From Lama glama (lineage: Eukaryota), in contig CM052817.1 of NCBI GenBank assembly GCA_028534125.1, positions 5,644,001 to 5,708,000 on the forward strand: a stretch of DNA of 64,000 nucleotides. The letters are read 5' to 3'. Below, piece by piece: positions 61,632 through 64,000 of the stretch (position 1 is the stretch's first letter; the number at the start of each line of letters is the position of its first letter). Both the position numbers and the translations under genes were made by a program. The notes under the pieces are model-generated. The model worked only from the letters and a program-made list of their open reading frames with translations. It had not been told where the DNA came from and made no database searches.

Positions 61632-62706
61632 AGGCTTTATAGGTTCCAGTTGTCAGAGCCATGACTTTTTCATTCAACGAATGTCTACAGATTGACAGAT
61701 AAGGTGACATTGTCTACGAATGATACTTCACAAGAAGCAATATCTTGATTTTAGTCAATTGCAGGCTGTTCTTTGACTTGACAAACATTTATCTTCGGAG
61801 CATAGCCAGTGCTTAAAAGCTGGATCTCTAGATCACATCCCAGATCCACCATTTACTGAATCTGAGGCTATCTGTGCCTCAGTTTTCACAGCTGTAAAAT
61901 GAGGGTAATAATGGTGCTCACTGGCTATTCCCTGTGAAGGTCAGAGGGCAGCTGTGGAGGCAGCAAACATTCCACAGCAGGGAGGCTTGTCTCTGAGGGT
62001 GTGTGCCTTCCACTTGCCCACGCAGATTCCACGAGCAGAACAGAGAAGAGAGAGCTGTGCTCACAGCTTAGAAAGCAAGGACAGGGGAGAAGACAGGAGA
62101 GACCTGGCTAAAGGGTCAAGGGAAAAAGAAGCCTCAGGGCCTGCCAAGCCCAGAGGTTCCAACAGAAGGTAAGGGCCAGTGCTGGAGAAGGGCTGCCTGG
62201 GCTCGCCCCGTCCTGCCCGCCATGTGGGAGCCTGCATGAGCAGTGCGACCTCCCTGTGCTTTGGTTTCCTCAACTGTAAGGAGGGACCAATAGGGTCCCC
62301 CTCACCGCCCCCCTGAGCAGTGCATAGAGCATCACATGGATGGAAGGACCAGAAACGCTGGGAGCTGGAGTTCACCCTGTCCTGGCAGCAGAAGGACCTT
62401 CGTCGGCATCCGCCCCAAATAATTCCATGCCAGCCATCATGTGGCAACCTGGCACTCCTGCAAGTATGTGATTGCATTTAATCTGGGCAGAGAAATGCAA
62501 TTACTAAGCCCCTCCTGGGTGCCAGCAACATCACAGACATTTTCTAGTCTGATGCCTATAGCCCACACTGTGATGCAGCCATTTGTCCTTCCCTTTGACA
62601 AAAGATGAAATTGAGGATTCGAGAGGTTTTGTAACACGTCCAAGGCCACGTAGGGCCTGACTAGCAGCTCACACTTTCTCCATTATTTATCATGACTCTC
62701 ACTGTC

Positions 62707-62745
62707 GTGTGTGTGTGTATGTGTGTGTGTGTGTGTGTGTGTGTA
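62707..62745. repeat. (TG)n microsatellite
   Basis: Direct reading, with one TA interruption. Confidence 0.92.
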
Positions 62746-62870
62746 TGTCTGTGCAGGGGGATTAAAATGCTACTGGGATCCTACAGTGATTCACCAACTC
62801 ACTTGTGAAGTCGATCTTCTTAACCTTCTCTTACAGGTGAGAAAATGGAGATCAGAGAGGGCGAGTGACT

Positions 62871-63058
62871 AAACAAGATGGTACTGTGTAGCACAGGGAA
62901 ATATATACAGGATCTTGTGGTGGCTCACAGCGAAAGAGAATGTGACAATGAATGTATGTACGTTCATGTATAACTGAAAAATTGTGCTCTACGCTGGAAT
63001 TTGACACAAAATTGTAGAATGAGTATAACTCAATAAAAAAAAATGTTTAAAAAAAAAA
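62871..63058 (+). mobile_element. Young 5'-truncated L1 3' end inserted in a MIR
   Basis: gtagcacagggaaatatatacagg...ctcaataaaaaa plus poly-A. Perfect 17-bp TSD agagagggcgagtgact at 62854 and 63059. Confidence 0.93.
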
Positions 63059-63589
63059 AGAGAGGGCGAGTGACTTGCCTGCAGTTACCCAGCTGGTAAG
63101 GGCTGCATCTGGGTTTGATCCCGGCTGGCCTGATCTGGAGGCCACTGTCTCGCTTCTGTACCTGCCCCTTTTGGGCAAATTCATTCAATGCTGTTGGTCT
63201 GGCAAAGCACCTGGCATGGAGGATGTATGTGTCACTTTTTCCCTCTTTCCTCTTTTACTTCAAAACAACTCAGAAATTGACTTTCTGCCCAGCTAGCTGC
63301 TCCTGAGAAGTTTTTCAGTCCCTCTCGAGTATGGTTGGTGTGGGAAGGTCCGTCCAGTGTCCCCCGAGCAAAGAGATTTCAGGCGTCTGTAGCAGGAGGG
63401 ACCCTGCCTGAGAAGCAGCAGGGCTCGGTTCCAGATCTGACTCCACCAAACACCCAGCTCGTTACGTGATGCTGGGAAGTGCACCCAACCCGTCGGGGCC
63501 TCATTTTCCCCACGAATAAAATAGACACAATCATATCAGAGGTTTTCTGTAAAACACTGTCACATTCATGAAGCTTAGTTCATAAATTA

Positions 63590-64000
63590 AGGCAAACAAA
63601 CCAACCTCTGGCTACTTTAAAATTAAGAGCATCTGTTCATCTGAGAGCACCACGGAGTGCAGGAGCCACAGACGGGCAGGAGGTATCATACACAGCGAAC
63701 AGAGAATTTGTGTCCCAGCTTTTAAAAACCCAACTCTTATGAGTCAATCAGAAAAAGGTGACCTAACAGAGAAAAGGATCGAATGCGTGAACAGGTGTTT
63801 CACAGAAGAAGAAGTGCAAATGGCAAGTAAGCCTGTGAAAAGGTGCTCACTGTCCTTAGTGATTCAGGATAATACGAGATAAAACCATAATTCTATACCA
63901 TTCCGCACTACCAGGTCAGTAAACGACGGAAAAGTCCGACAACACCAATGCCAAGTGTTGAGGAGCAACACGAACTTTCATCCTGGAAACGGCCATGCCG
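63590..64000 (+). mobile_element. Ancient L1M ORF2 3' fragment
   Basis: ttaaaattaagagcatctgttcatc...gaacaggtgtttcacagaagaaga..caaatggcaagtaagc.tgtgaaaaggtgctca. Confidence 0.7.

Overview
Mammalian genomic DNA, very probably a camelid (camel/alpaca/llama), judged from two tRNA-derived Vic-1-like SINEs and cetartiodactyl-type L1 3' ends. Two genes are recognisable. (1) The complete intronless dopamine receptor D5 gene, DRD5 (+ strand, ATG 15743 to TAA 17173, 476 aa), lies in a CpG island with a (GCC)9 repeat upstream and AATAAA at 17694. (2) The terminal coding exon of the urate transporter SLC2A9/GLUT9 (- strand, 60725-60472) converges on DRD5 about 43 kb away, the arrangement known from other mammals. 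The rest is mostly transposon fossils: L1, L2, MIR, MaLR/MLT LTRs, a degraded ERVL provirus, ERV1-type LTRs and hAT MER elements. I see no prokaryote-type novel system, and nearly all short ORFs in the track are noise. The points most worth checking are: an apparent 1-nt frameshift plus a PETK-to-TETK change in the last SLC2A9 exon (possible GLUT9 decay, splice rescue or assembly error); a ~345-bp element fusing the extreme 5' end of L1 directly to the L1 3' tail, nested in another L1; an old ~390-bp direct duplication with copies on both sides of DRD5; an out-of-frame upstream ATG overlapping the DRD5 start; and ICL2 substitutions in DRD5. Repeat family names and ortholog comparisons come from recalled sequences, not from a search, and repeat boundaries are approximate.
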